Shown: in pieces, positions 13,330 through 32,093 of the stretch
Position numbering within the stretch: position 1 is the stretch's first letter
Layout: each line of letters begins with the position of its first letter
Assembly (NCBI RefSeq): GCF_009914755.1
Contig: NC_060945.1
DNA length: 64,000 nucleotides
DNA from: the human T2T-CHM13v2.0 reference genome, Homo sapiens
Direction: 5' to 3' (one strand)
Notes under the pieces: model-generated
Seen by the model: the letters and a program-made list of their open reading frames with translations, nothing else
What the model was told of the DNA's origin: nothing
Databases searched by the model: none
Program-made: the position numbers and the translations under genes

Positions 13330-13820
13330 CTCAGGGACGCACACACAACAGAGAGGTCACACTCGACAGGGAAACACACGCCTCCCTACAGCCGCGCTCC
13401 ACACACCCTCCAGCAACGCGCTGGGCGGAGCCAGCCGCCTCGAAGCGAGGCTCCCGGGTCGGCCGAGCCAGCCCCCGCTCACCCTCAGGTTCCCTTTAGT
13501 TCGCTGCTTGTTCTTCCCGCCCATGGTCGCGGTTGCAGCTGTACTCTGAGCACTCAGACCCCGGTTGACACGTCCGGGACACAACTTCCGGCTTCTGGCG
13601 GCGGAAGAGGACACCCTGTAATAACTTCCCCCGGGCCCTTTTCCGCCACCCACCCTGTCCATTTGCTGCCCCACTTCCGCTCCCGCCTCCCGCTGTGTCC
13701 CTGACCATCCGCCACCGGAGACGTCACAGCTAAAGCCACGCCTGTCTGAGTGATGTCATTCCTGGCCAATAGGAAGCCAAGCATTGGACCCGTGGCGCCA
13801 AATCCTGTCCTCCCCGCTTT
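13330..13820 (-). promoter_or_regulatory. LTN1 CpG-island promoter
   Basis: CpG-rich; ETS ACTTCCGG 13584-13591, CRE-like GACGTCA ~13719, CCAAT 13766, E2F-like TGGCGCCAAA 13793. Confidence 0.85.
13483..13524 (-). CDS. LTN1: LTN1 (listerin E3 ubiquitin ligase) coding exon 1, MGGKNKQRTKGNLR
   Basis: ATG at 13524 in strong context (gcgaccATGG); donor AGG|GTGAGC at 13483/13482; 42 nt, phase 0; recognisable listerin N-terminus. Confidence 0.97.
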
Positions 13821-14259
13821 CAGAAGCTAGGTTTGTTCCTTGCTTAGAGGGTAGGAAACTGGCGTGAATCATCAGAGGGGCAGTTTCACATAAGGGTAGC
13901 ATTAGAATGTTATGGTAGAGGCTGTGGGAAGATGGGAGTGTTTTAGACTTCCAACATGATGCAATCATCAGTATCACCTGGGCGTTTTTTAGAAAAGGCC
14001 AACTCGGGCCCCTCAGAACTCCTGAATCAGATCCTGCATTTTGACAGTATTCCCAAGTCTTGTTAAAATTTGATTACTGCTGTAGGCAATATTCTCTCTA
14101 AATCTCCCCTCCCCGTCCCCTTTTATTCATATTGAAACTGTTAACGTGCAGTTTAGGAAAGAGGATAATGTGGGAGTCCCTATTAAAATTTGAAATGTAC
14201 AAATCCTGTAACCCATTGATTGTGCGACTCAGAATCACACCAGAGAAACAAGTAAATGT

Positions 14260-14930
14260 GTGCTGGTTATTGTTTCTTGTCCACGCAGTCACCCTTTTAT
14301 ACTCAACTCCATGTTACTGGGGGGGCTTCTGCTAGATTCCACCAACAGGACGAACAAGAGGGAAACAAAGGCAAGAGGAAGAAGGGACTTGCTCCATTCT
14401 GTAAGCATCATGCCAGCAGCAGCTGCATTTTACCGTGGCAGGAGCAATTGCTTTAGCCAAAAGGTGGTTTTAATCTCCATCCTTTTTCCAACAATCACAG
14501 AATCAGCCTTATTGCACCCCTCAGAGATCACAGCAGCAGTCAGTGCTCTCCTCAGAGATCTGAATTCTACTTTCATGCGGCCCCTCCCCTGAGCTCCTGA
14601 GATAGCCAATGTTTGAGCCACCTCCTCAGAAGTTTGAGCCTCAACACCGTGGGATCCCTTCTTTGTGCTCCAGAGATCCAGTAACAGCCAGCCATCACCC
14701 TCTCTTCATTCTTCATAGGCCTGAACTAAGGTGTTCAGGGCCCTCCTTCAAGCTTTTAGGTTCTGATGACTCCAACCACTTCTTTTGTTCCATCCTTTCC
14801 TAGCTCTAGGAATGGTAGCTGCTACCTGCAGTGATTACCTGTTACCTTTTATAATTCCTTTTGACCAATTTCCCATATTAAAATATTTCTCAATAACTAA
14901 TGTGATTTCTGTTTTCCTGACTGGACCCTG
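14260..14930. mobile_element. Old ERVL-type LTR remnant (LTR33-like)
   Basis: Resembles ERVL LTR end (...tttctgttttcctgactggaccctg); highly degenerate. Confidence 0.35.
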
Positions 14931-14936
14931 ATTTTA

Positions 14937-16334
<1,398 letters not shown>

Positions 16335-17302
16335 TCAACAAATATTGTTTGTTTAAAATAAATCATTGGTTACATATATCATGGTACATTGGTTATACAA
16401 ATTGTAGTGTCCTCATTCTTGAGAGTTATACAATATAGCTGCAAACAGTTTAACACATTGGAAACACTACTAGATATCATGCCATTCACTGAAAATGTGG
16501 GTGTCACATATCAAAAATGCTACAGAAGGGGAAGATTAACATGTGCTTGAGTAGTCAGATAGGCTTTCCAAGCCAAAGCCCAAAGCTTGGAAAACATTAG
16601 GAAAAGTAAAATAAAAGGGAGAACATTCAAAATGGGGACGAGAGAGGGACAGAGACAGTGAGTTGGATTAGCATGGATTTCGGAAAGGACAGTCAAGAAT
16701 CTAGCCTAACTTCAGTGCAGACTTACCCAGGGGAAAAAAAAAAAAAAAACTTGAAGGACAAGACTGGAATGATTTTCTGTGCTCCTATTTACTAATTGTT
16801 TCCTAAATTTTGTCTGTTCTTGCTGGAAATATCTCTTCATTTCATTTCCTTGTATTCTGACGAGACTTTCCACCTTTTGCAACAGGGATCCATGCCTCTT
16901 GCCATGTTCCTCAACTACTCCAGGCCACACAGATCTCTCTTCGATTTTCCTAGGACATCAACTTATAACTGGTTTATTTTTTTACCCAGAAGTCAGTAGG
17001 ATATTACTGCTTTGGGAACTTGAAAATAGTCTCATTGATTTAACAGTTTCTCATGTTTAGATTTTCCAGCAAGTCTGTAAATCCTTTGAAGGTGAGGCTA
17101 TCTCCATGGTACTCTTAAACAGTGCCTGCCAAAGTAGATACCCGCAAATTTGTTTTAATTGATTCATACAAGGTTTTAGAAATCAGAAAATAATTGTTTC
17201 TATCAATACAGTAGGTGATAGGCAGAAAAGGTTTGGACAGAAGAACATTAAAAATAATGTTTAATTTTTGTCAAAATGTTAATGTTTATGTCAAGAAATG
17301 TC

Positions 17303-17603
17303 GGCTGGGTGCAGTGGCTCACGCCTGTAATCCCAATGCTTTGGGAGGCCAAGCCAGGAGGATTACCTCAAGTCAGGAGCTCGAGACCAGCCTGGCCAAC
17401 ATGGTGAAAACTTGTCTCTACCAAAAATACAAAAATTAGCCAGGCGTGGTGGTGCGTGCCTGTAATCCTACATACTCAGGAGTCTGAGACAGGAGAATCA
17501 CTTGAACCCACGATGCAGAGGTTGCACTGAGCTGAGGTCACACCACTGCACTCCAGCCTGGGCAACAGAGCAAGACTCTGTCTCAAAAGAAAAAAAGAAA
17601 AAA
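17303..17603 (+). mobile_element. AluS
   Basis: Dimer; TSD aagaaatgtc. Confidence 0.92.
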
Positions 17604-17890
17604 GAAATGTCAATACTTTTAAGGCCAAGATTATAAACTCTTCAGAAACCAGGTTGGGAGTTAAAAAAAAAAAAAAAAGAGACTTGAAACCCTCCCTTCT
17701 TCATTCATAATTATTAATATTATAAATTCTTGTTTTCACAGATTAAGAGTTACACATCAGAATTATAGCCTTTTTTCCCTAAGTAAATATTGGGCATGCC
17801 TTACAGAAGTCTGATGTTAAAATAATCTTACCCATCCAGACAAGTTTCTGAGGAGGAAAATCAGACATCAAGCACTTAAAAATATATTTC

Positions 17891-18206
<316 letters not shown>

Positions 18207-18259
18207 TTATTAAACTTGGTGGTACTTTACCTTCAACTGTTATTAAGATGTATTTTTTT

Positions 18260-18774
18260 GGGGGGGGGTACAAATACTTTTTAATGGGTTTAAAGTTTTT
18301 CTTTTTCTTTTTAATCTACTGGAAAATCATGCAATGCTGCGAGCATTGGACACAATCCAGGGCCACAAGTCTGCATACTCCTTTGCTACTGGTCCTATAA
18401 TGGCAGAACCTTTCATTTTGCCTTTATTATTCACTATGACCCCTGCATTATCTTCGGAATAAAGAAACACACCATCTTTTCTCCGGTATGACTTTGGTTG
18501 TCGAATGACCGCTGCTGGATGTACCATTTTTCTGAGCTCTGGTTTGCCCTTCTTGACTGTGGCCATCACCATGTCACCCACACTAGCAGCAGAAAGTCTG
18601 TTCCGCTGTCCCTTGATCCCCTTCACGGAGATGATATACAGGTTTTTGGCTCCTGTGTTGTCAGCAGTTGATCACAGCTCCTACTGGAAGACCCAAGGAA
18701 ATCCAGAATTTCACACCAGAGGACCTACCACGTCCTCGCTTTGACATCTTGAACGCTGGAAAGAAGGAAAAAAG
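18260..18774 (-). pseudogene. RPL23P2: Processed pseudogene of ribosomal protein L23 (uL14)
   Basis: Intronless. ATG at 18747 (MSKRGRG...) to TGA at 18327 spans 421 nt versus 423 expected, from a 2-nt deletion near 18665. Pyrimidine-rich 5' leader and 3'UTR retained; candidate TSD gtattttt at 18250 and 18774. The P2 number is from memory. Confidence 0.92.
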
Positions 18775-19323
18775 TATTTTTAAATTCTTTTTAAGCAAAC
18801 TTCTTATTTAAATAGCAGCAACACTACATAGGTAATATATGCCAGCAGAGCATTTGTTTGTCAACTGAGATCTGTAGAGAGTCAATTGAGAAAATAAGAT
18901 ATAATAGTTTGCTAACACTACAAAATAAATGTACAATAAGAATAATTTCAGTATATACCAGCTGTAACTCATCACAATTCAACATGAGATTGGGGTGGGG
19001 ACAAATGTCCAAACTATATCAGAGGGATTTAAAAGAAAAGAAAATAACCATAATAGTACTAGAGGAATATATAGGTGAATTTCCAGTTCAAAATAGCATC
19101 TGCTAGCAGCCCCTCTCAAATTCACATACACACAAAAAAATTGATGAAAACATTGAAGACGACAAAAACAACACAACTAAAATTAAAACTGATGAAAAAC
19201 AGACTTCCGGAATCTAGAAGGAAACTGTAATACTGAGTCTGGACTCAGGAAGTCAAGAAGGCAGGAAGGAGATACAGACACATGTATATATTATTTCCTT
19301 ACCACATAAAACTGTGTCCTTTC

Positions 19324-19725
<402 letters not shown>

Positions 19726-20707
19726 TCACCCTCAACACGTGTTTACAGTTTGGCTAATGACAGTGCTTCCATAGCAGCCTCTCATGAGTGCTGTTTATTG
19801 TCTAAAATCCTACCTACCTCAGGGGTCTGCAGATAAGAATAGGATCTTCTTTGCTTCCACTTTCCTTAAAACAATAAATCATTGTTTTTGGGCTGCTGTC
19901 AACAGAATACACCTTCTGACATCTGTCCTCTTACCAGCCTCCTGGTCACTCCCTTTTAGTCTCTAAAGACTTAGCACTTGGCTCTCCACCCTCATTCCAA
20001 ACATCATCCTGGATGGTCTTTTTAAAGTCCTAATTAGGTTCATGTGGCATATCTGTCCATTGCTTGGCCTCTCAGTTATAAAAATCTTCATCTCTCATAT
20101 CCTTTTCCTCCATTCCACTTCATCTACCACACCACAGTCACATCCTGATATTAATACTTAAATTTTCCCAATTTCACCCCACTCTTGGGTCACAATCTCT
20201 CTTGCCAGATTCCTCATTTAACTGTTTCCACCTAGACATTCTTCAAGGAAATCTTAACCTTGCATTGGCCCTTATATTTTCTCGCTAACTTTAAGGACTC
20301 TTTTCTCTTTACTCTCTTCATTGTTCACTTTAGAGTTCATGATCTTTTGTGTCAATCACTCTCTTGCCAATACCACGAAGTCTCTTGTACATCTGCTCTT
20401 TCAGCCTATTCATCTGGAGAAACCAAACACTACACAAAGCCAATTATTTGTTTTCAGCTTTTTTTTTTCCAGAGAAAAGTTGAACACTACCTGGAAAACA
20501 AACAATTTAGTCAACACAAGCTTTAGACCACTAAGAATTAATTATCCCATACCTTAGTTGTGTCTTCAATACAGCCCAACAAATGTACCATACTTCCGTA
20601 ATGTCTTAGGACTCCCAGCAATTAATTATTTGAACACTTCTTCAAAACTCTGATCATTCTACCTTCCTCCTTGACTTCAACAGATGAGTTTTCCTCCAAT
20701 TTCACAG

Positions 20708-22107
20708 TGAGAGGTGACAGCGTGCTGGCAGTCCTCACAGCCCTGGCTCGCTCTCGGCGCCTCCTCTGCCTGGGGTCCCACTTTGGCAGCACTTGTGGAG
20801 CCCTTCAGCCCGCCGCTGCACTGTGGGAGCCCCTTTCTGGGCTGGCCAAGGCCGGAGCCCGCTCCCTCAGCTTGCGGGGAGGTGTGGAGGGAGAGGCGCA
20901 GGCGGGAACCCGGGCTGCGCGCGGTGCTTGCGGGCCAGCGTGAGTTCCGGGTGGGCGTGGGCTCGGCGGACCCTGCGCTCTGAGCGGCCTGCCTGCCCGC
21001 CCCGCCGGCCCGGGGCAGTGAGGGGCTTAGCACCTGGGCCAGCAGCTGCTGTGCTCAATTTCTCGCCGGGCCTTAGCTGCCTTCCCGCGGGGCAAGGCGC
21101 GGGACCTGCAGCCCGCCATGCCTGAGCCTCCCCTCCCCGCTTCCGTGGCTCCTGTGCAGCCTGAGCCTCCCCGACAAGCGCCACCCCCTACTCCACGGCT
21201 CCCAGTCCCATCGACCACCCAAGGGCTGAGGAGTGCGGGCACACGGCGGGGGACTGGCAAGCAGCTCCACCTGCAACCCGGGTACGGGATCCACTGGATG
21301 AAGCCCGCTGGGCTCCTGAGTCTGGTGGGGACGCGGAGAACCTTTATGTCTAGCTCAGGGATTGTAAATACACCAATCGGCACTCTGTATCTAGCTCAAG
21401 GTTTGTAAACACACCAATCAGCACCCTGTGTCTAGCTCAGGGTTTGCGAATGCACCAATCGACACTCTGTATCTAGCTACTCTGGTGGGGACTTGGAGAA
21501 CCTTTGTGTGGATGTACCTAGCTAATCTAGTGGGGAGGTGGAGAAACTTTGTGTCTAGCTCAGGGATTGTAAATGCACCAATCAGCACCCTGTCAAAACA
21601 GACCACTCAGCTCTCTGTAAAATGGACCAATCAGCAGGATGTGGGTGGGGCCAGATAAGAGAATAAAAGCAGGCTGCCCGAGCAAGCAGTGACAACCTGC
21701 TCTGGTTCCTTTACATACTGTAGAAGCTTTGTTTTTTTTTCTGTTTGCAATAAATCTTGCTACTGCTCACTCTTTGGGTCCACACTGCTTTTATGAGCTG
21801 TAACACTCACCACGAAAGTCTGCAGCTTCACTCCTGAAGCCAGCAAGACCAGGAGCCCACCAGGAGGAACGAACAACTCCAGACACACTGCCTTAAGAGC
21901 TGTAACACTCACTGCGAAGGTCTGCAGCTTCACTCTTGAGCCAGCGAGACCACGAGCCCACCAGGAGGAAGAAACTCTCAACACATCCAAACATCAGAAG
22001 GAACAAACTCCAGACGTGCCATCTTAAGAGCTGTAACACTCACCATGAGGGTCCGAGGCTTCATTCTTGAAGTCAGTGAGACCAAGAACCCACCAATTCT
22101 GGACACA
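20708..22107 (+). mobile_element. Solo LTR12C (ERV9 LTR)
   Basis: Starts TGAGAGGTGACAGCGTGCTGG and ends GGACACA; GC-rich U3, five CCAAT repeats (21373-21631), GATA and AATAAAA TATA-like box ~21662, tandem U5 repeats; 4-bp TSD acag/agag. Confidence 0.93.
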
Positions 22108-22500
22108 AGAGGACAAGATAATCAGATTATAATCCTTATCTTTTCAATAGCAAACATACAAATTGGGCTGATGATTATTATACACGTTTAACTAAATGGG
22201 TGTTAGAATAGTAAAATTCTCTGATACCCTCTGAAATGTTCTTTCATTGCCCTTCCCATTTCCCTAGGATGTTTCTGACCTCCCCCTGATTCCTGGCTAA
22301 AGTGTGAATTGCTGATTTATCAGGCTTCTAAAACCCCATTCCAGCCCTAGACATATGGCTATTCCAATGGATGGTGATCAGGTCATATTGGTTGTTAACT
22401 ATGTTGAATATCCCTTCCCACGAAACTTCCATCTTCAATTATAGTCGCTCCATAATTCTGTTAAAGAAATAAGTGTTAAAGATGGGGGGGAGAAAAATGA

Positions 22501-22822
<322 letters not shown>

Positions 22823-23329
22823 AATTTGTTTTTTTTTTTTTTTAAAGAAAACCCCGCATATACACACATGCAAAAATAAGATACTAGAAAATAAAATGTA
22901 AAACCAAAATTTAATATTGTCTTTTTGGACACAGGATTGTGGGTGACTTTAAAATCCAGTTATTTCTACTCTTCCTATAATGATACATATTATGTGTAAT
23001 CATATGTATAATACATATATGTAATACGTTATATATAACATATAAATAATATATATAATTTGTTGGTGGGAGGAACAAGGGAAAGCAGGTTTACAAAATC
23101 TGAAAAGCCAAATGCCCCAGTGGGGAAAAAACCCTCCATTTCGGTAATTCCCTGGTTAAAATCGAGGAACACCCTGGACTTCGAAGGCACCACCTGGGTC
23201 CCAGGGTGCACCATTCCTCTAATCCCCCAGTTGCAGCAACATCTGGGAAGTCCCGAGAATGGGGATCTATGCCTGTTTTTCCAAAAGATAATAAGCGTCA
23301 ACAACAACAAAAAAATAAAAAGTCCAACT

Positions 23330-23720
23330 CCGCCCCAAAGCAGCATCTGGCTGGCCTGCGAGATGCCCACTGGGGAGGCGAGTCCGCAGCTTAGGACTCA
23401 AGCCCGGGGTCAGAAGCTATTGCCGAAATCCGAAACGCAGCGCTCGCAGCTGCAGTGACGCGACCTGCTCATAAGTCCCCGTGCTCACAGCATCCCGGCA
23501 ACTTACGAGCTAGTGCTTCCGGGTCACCCCGGCCCAGGAAGGCGCACGCGCGCAGCATAGCGAGCTTCACTCCGCACTCTTAGGCTGCGTGTGAGGCCTG
23601 CGAGTGCTCGGGAGCTGCCGCGGTCACAAGAGAAAGCCTAGCTGTCAATGACAGCCCCAGAGCATCTGGGCGCCTTGCGATACCCGGGTGTCTGTAGGCA
23701 GCCAGGAGACACTTCCAAGC
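23330..23720. promoter_or_regulatory. Orphan CpG island with promoter-like motifs
   Basis: Non-repeat CpG-dense stretch; NRF1-like GCGCACGCGC 23542-23551, ETS CTTCCGG 23516-23522, TGACG half-CRE. Confidence 0.65.
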
Positions 23721-24067
23721 TGATCTGGAATCTTTCCTCGCCCAGCTCTGTCCCTCGCAGGGATGGCAAAGGACATTACGACCTACATCCCTTCCCGGAT
23801 CTGATGGCTTCAGATTGGCAGATTGTGTTAAAGTGGAAGGCTCGTGGTGCCCCTTTGCTGAGTTTTTATGGACTTAGTTTTCCCAAGTAGTTCTAATTAT
23901 CGCTGGGGGGGTGGGGTGGGGCGGGAACGTAATTTCTGCGTCTGCCCTTAAATACCTTTAAACCTTGGCTGCATTGCCGCTTTTATGGAATTTCACCCAT
24001 AGTCTGTCTTTTTTAGTTTCCCTGATACGCATCTTTCTTAATAATAATAATAATAAATAAATAAATA

Positions 24068-24900
<833 letters not shown>

Positions 24901-26155
24901 AACCTAAGAAAGCTATATTGTTTATACTCTAACATTTCTAACATTTAACTACATTTATCCATTCTCAAAGGAAGTTGGTCATCACAAGATTGGAAAATCT
25001 GTACTTCCCTGGCTTATATGACTTAATCATAAATGTCTAAATTTGACAGATGTCCCAGGAAAGAAAACTTATAAAACTACTCTGTTGCATTCTATGTGTT
25101 TATGTGACATTTGAGATCTGCATATTATACATAGCAATCTGGTTTTTAATATAATGTAGAGAGACTGAAAAAGTTTTAGCAGTTTAGCTGCCACTTTAGC
25201 TGCTTAAAGTAATATATGCATCATCTGCCCCCTTTGGTGGTAGGGATGTCAGATTCCATTCTCTGTAGGGTATTTCATACAAATCTGTTAGTCGCTGGAG
25301 GAATCAGAAACTAGACACACAACTGGTCCACCTGGCTGTCTGGTGGCAGCAGAGGAACTGGGATTTCCAGGGCAACTGACGGGGCGATAGGACAGGGCAG
25401 CAGGGAGGAAATCTGGGGACGTACATAAGATTTAGGTCCAATACAAGCACTGTGCTTTAAATACCATTCTGATTCTCATTTATGTTTAACCACCTTTATA
25501 TTTAAGATCTATCCACATTGCCTTCTTCCATTTTATTCCTTCAGATTTCTACATTGTATTACATAATATATGCTGTCTTTTACTAACTGATTCATTTTGT
25601 GATGAGCATAGTTTGCCTACAACCTTTTACTAACTTAATGCATTGTCTCTCACCCCAACTCCATTCCTTAACCAAGTCTGACTGGTCAAGAAATATCCAA
25701 CACCTGGTATCAACCTGCATCAACCTGCATGCTAGCAAATTAGCAAATAATAAATGCTTTTGGAACTAACTGGTTTATGGAGGTCCTCAAAAACTGGGTG
25801 GTGTGTTTATTTAATGCTAGGTCAATTTGGCAAAAATAAATGTACAGAAAGCCATTTCCAGAACAAAAAATGTCAGAATACAATTTGCCAAACAAATTTT
25901 CTAAATTACTAATTTGATGAATTGTTGAGGCTTGTTAAAAAAGTTTAAGCCCTACTAATGCCTCAGCCTTGTCTGAGGCAAGCCCAGGAGCAGGGGCAGA
26001 GCGTGAGTATACAAAAAGTGGGGAACTGCAAACTCCACTTCAGAAAAACTTCACCTATTTGTGTATCAAAAGGCTGGGGTAAATGCAAAACTAAAGCTCT
26101 GAAAAACTCTATTTGACAAACTAGCTTTCAACTGCTAGTAAAAAGCCTAGATATT

Positions 26156-26452
<297 letters not shown>

Positions 26453-26474
26453 CTAGAAATTAAACAAAACTGGT

Positions 26475-26480
26475 TTTATT
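26475..26480 (-). terminator. Candidate RWDD2B polyadenylation signal (another at ~25806-25811)
   Basis: TTTATT on plus = AATAAA on minus, downstream of the stop codon; usage cannot be shown from sequence. Confidence 0.35.
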
Positions 26481-27117
26481 TCATAAGATGTTTAGAGACA
26501 GGCAATGGCTGGTGTTGGGTCAGCAGCTCAACAATGTGGCAACTGGCATCTTCGTGGTTCTCTTGGCCCTTCGTCGTGGTTCAAATAACTCCTCCAGCTC
26601 CAGTCATCACTTTGGTGTTTATGGCAGTAAGGGGGGGAGGAGGTGGCCTAGCTGCATATGTATCTTTAATCAGGAAGTAAAAGTTTTCCCAGAATTCCCA
26701 AGGCCAAAGCTGTGTCCTGAGGCCACTGAGAGTTGTTAGTTGCAACAGAGGCTGAAAGGGGAGCAATTAGCTTTTCTGGGTTCTTTAGTGAAGGCAGGTA
26801 AGGGAGAAGGGGGTTGGGAATGGCTGGCAAATTGGAGCACCAACATTACCTTTATGGATAATTTCTTTTTCAAAATGGGCAGCTGATATGTGAAGAAATA
26901 TCTAACAACAATTTTAAGGTTGTAATTTGAAACTCAGTTCTGCTTTCAATCATGACATTTTTAACAGATGCATTTCAGCTATACTATTTTTTCTTGTGCC
27001 CCACTCCCCAACATTCTAGAATGGAACTAAAATAAAATTACTTAATCTTTCAAGAAAAAGTGGGAAAAAAAAATCAAAAGGCCAACAGTGGCAAGATACT
27101 TTCAACTACTCTTGATG

Positions 27118-27381
<264 letters not shown>

Positions 27382-28096
27382 TCAAAATGTATATTCTAGA
27401 GCATTTAAAACAGAAGTTATAAAACAGATTTATCAATGCCTTTTCCTAGAAGTAGTCTACTTTTTAAAATGTTTATAACTTTTACTTATTGATTTAGTAG
27501 AGGCAGGTCTTGCTATGTTGCTCATGCTGGTTTCAAACTCCTGGCTGCAAGTGATACTCTGGCCTCAGCCTCCCAAAGTGCTGGGATTACAGGTGTGAGT
27601 CATACACACCCCGTCCAAGAAGTCTACTTTTATCTCACAGGGATTTATTTTAATCAAATATGATTCTGGTCATAATCTCATCTCTGAACTCATTTGTTGC
27701 CCTTACTACAGCCATGTATCAGTAGTTTAGAAATGTAGGAATTACTGAATCCCAAACTACTATGGACCTTCTCAGAAATTCATTTAGTATATCAGTAGAG
27801 AAATGAGACTAGTGGCAATTCTAATGCTTCTAGAAAGCTCCTTACTTCACAGGGTATACAGTTTGCAGCATCACTAAAATGAGGGAAGGACCAGATCCAT
27901 GGAAGTGGATGGGGTCATAGTGTCTGGGGCAGGAGCTCAATTCATTCAGTGCATATTTACAGAATGTCTCCTACATGCACTTGTCAGGTGACGGGGAAAA
28001 TGCTGACTACATGTGATTTCTGCCATATCCATCAACTTGAGATTGAATCCCCATAAAGACACAACCCCTGGGACATACTTATCTCCACATCTCTAA

Positions 28097-28886
<790 letters not shown>

Positions 28887-28900
28887 TTATTCTCAGATTA

Positions 28901-29065
<165 letters not shown>

Positions 29066-29077
29066 TCAATCCCTCTA

Positions 29078-29350
<273 letters not shown>

Positions 29351-29788
29351 TTACATATGCAATCTTGGAAGAAATGAATACATCAACATGTGTACTTACT
29401 AAAATTGTACTTGGTTTCTTCATAAATTGTACAATTTAATTAGTCTCTTTCCCTATTACTCTACTTTCAGATATAATATGCTAAGTCCTATGCTAAGACC
29501 AGCCTGAGCAACATACTGAGACCATCTATAAAAAAACAAACACAAAAAAACTCTTAATAGTAAGTAGACACCACATTCTTCTGTGTCTAGATAGTTGAGT
29601 GGACAACTTGAGCTACCATAATGGGCAATTTCATCAAAGTAAACCAATTATGTAGTCAAAAAGCTGTATCAATAATGTAGCCAGAAGAGAGGATATGACT
29701 GGTTACACTGGAAACCTAGAATGAACAAAGTCAGTCAGAGAGTTTGGTTACGTGGATGGTCAATTTCTTCTTTTTAAGTAAATATTAA

Positions 29789-30394
<606 letters not shown>

Positions 30395-31025
30395 TATTTA
30401 TTAGTTTTTAAGAAGCAGAGGAACATAAAGAGAAAATAAGTGTTAATTGTCCTGTAGCTTAAGTCACCCCTGTTAACATTAAAACATCTTAAGCATTATA
30501 CATATATATATGTGAAAAATGCTGGTATAATGTATAAATATGTACAATGTGAGATATATACAGTATACATATTTAAATCCAAAGGGGATAATATATACTT
30601 TTTCCTCCTATTTCCTATCTCCCTCCCCACCAAATATATTTTGTAGATCTATTCACTGTCAACATATAGTGATCTACCTCATTCTTTGTAACTGTCGGCT
30701 GTTATACTGAATCATGTAGATATGCCATAACTTATTTAATTCTTTACCTATTGATGGACACTTGGGTTGTTTCCACATTTTTACTAATATGAACAATCCT
30801 ATAATGCAAGGTCTTTTTATATATATAGTATGGTAAACTGAATACTGTGTATTCAATAATAAACTTACAGAGGTGGATTGTTGTATCAACATGTACATTT
30901 TAAATTTTGATAGATATTGCCAAGTTACTTTCCAGAAAGTTGCCATACAGAACAGAAATTTACAATTGTACTCAGTCCCCTGCTTCTTTTCTTTAAAAGA
31001 AAATTCTTAATACATAGTTCCTTTT

Positions 31026-31839
<814 letters not shown>

Positions 31840-31902
31840 TAAAATATCTTGATTAGAAAGGATTTCTCTACTGCAAGATTATTTTAAAATTCTTCTATTT
31901 TT

Positions 31903-32093
31903 TACAAAAATTAGCTGGGTGAGGTGGTGGGCACCTGTAATCCCAGCTACTTGGGAGGCTGAGACAGAATCACTGGAACCTGGGAGTCAGAGGTTGCAGT
32001 GAGTTGAGATCGTGCCATTGCACTCCAGCCTGGGCAAAAAGAGTGAAACTCCGTCTCAAAAAATAAAAATAAAAAAAAAAAAAACAAAAAAAA
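31903..32093 (+). mobile_element. Alu right monomer directly fused to the SVA 5' end
   Basis: Begins at the linker tacaaaaattag; its A-tail abuts the CCCTCT hexamers. Confidence 0.9.

Noticed and set aside
13204-13704. 166-aa ORF antisense to LTN1 exon 1
   Set aside because: CpG-island composition explains the open frame; no domain features.
16712-16930. Protein-looking 72-aa minus ORF ending near a GTAAGT
   Set aside because: No ATG at the listed start, no recognisable homology; DNA resembles a degenerate L2.
20671-21990. Overlapping ORFs on both strands
   Set aside because: All within LTR12C; stop-poor GC-rich sequence.
21345-22040. Regularly spaced repeats superficially like a CRISPR array
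   Set aside because: Normal LTR12 U3/U5 tandem repeats, no unique spacers, human DNA.
25222-25352. Two CTCF-like motifs
   Set aside because: Only the 3' half matches; needs PWM scoring or ChIP data.
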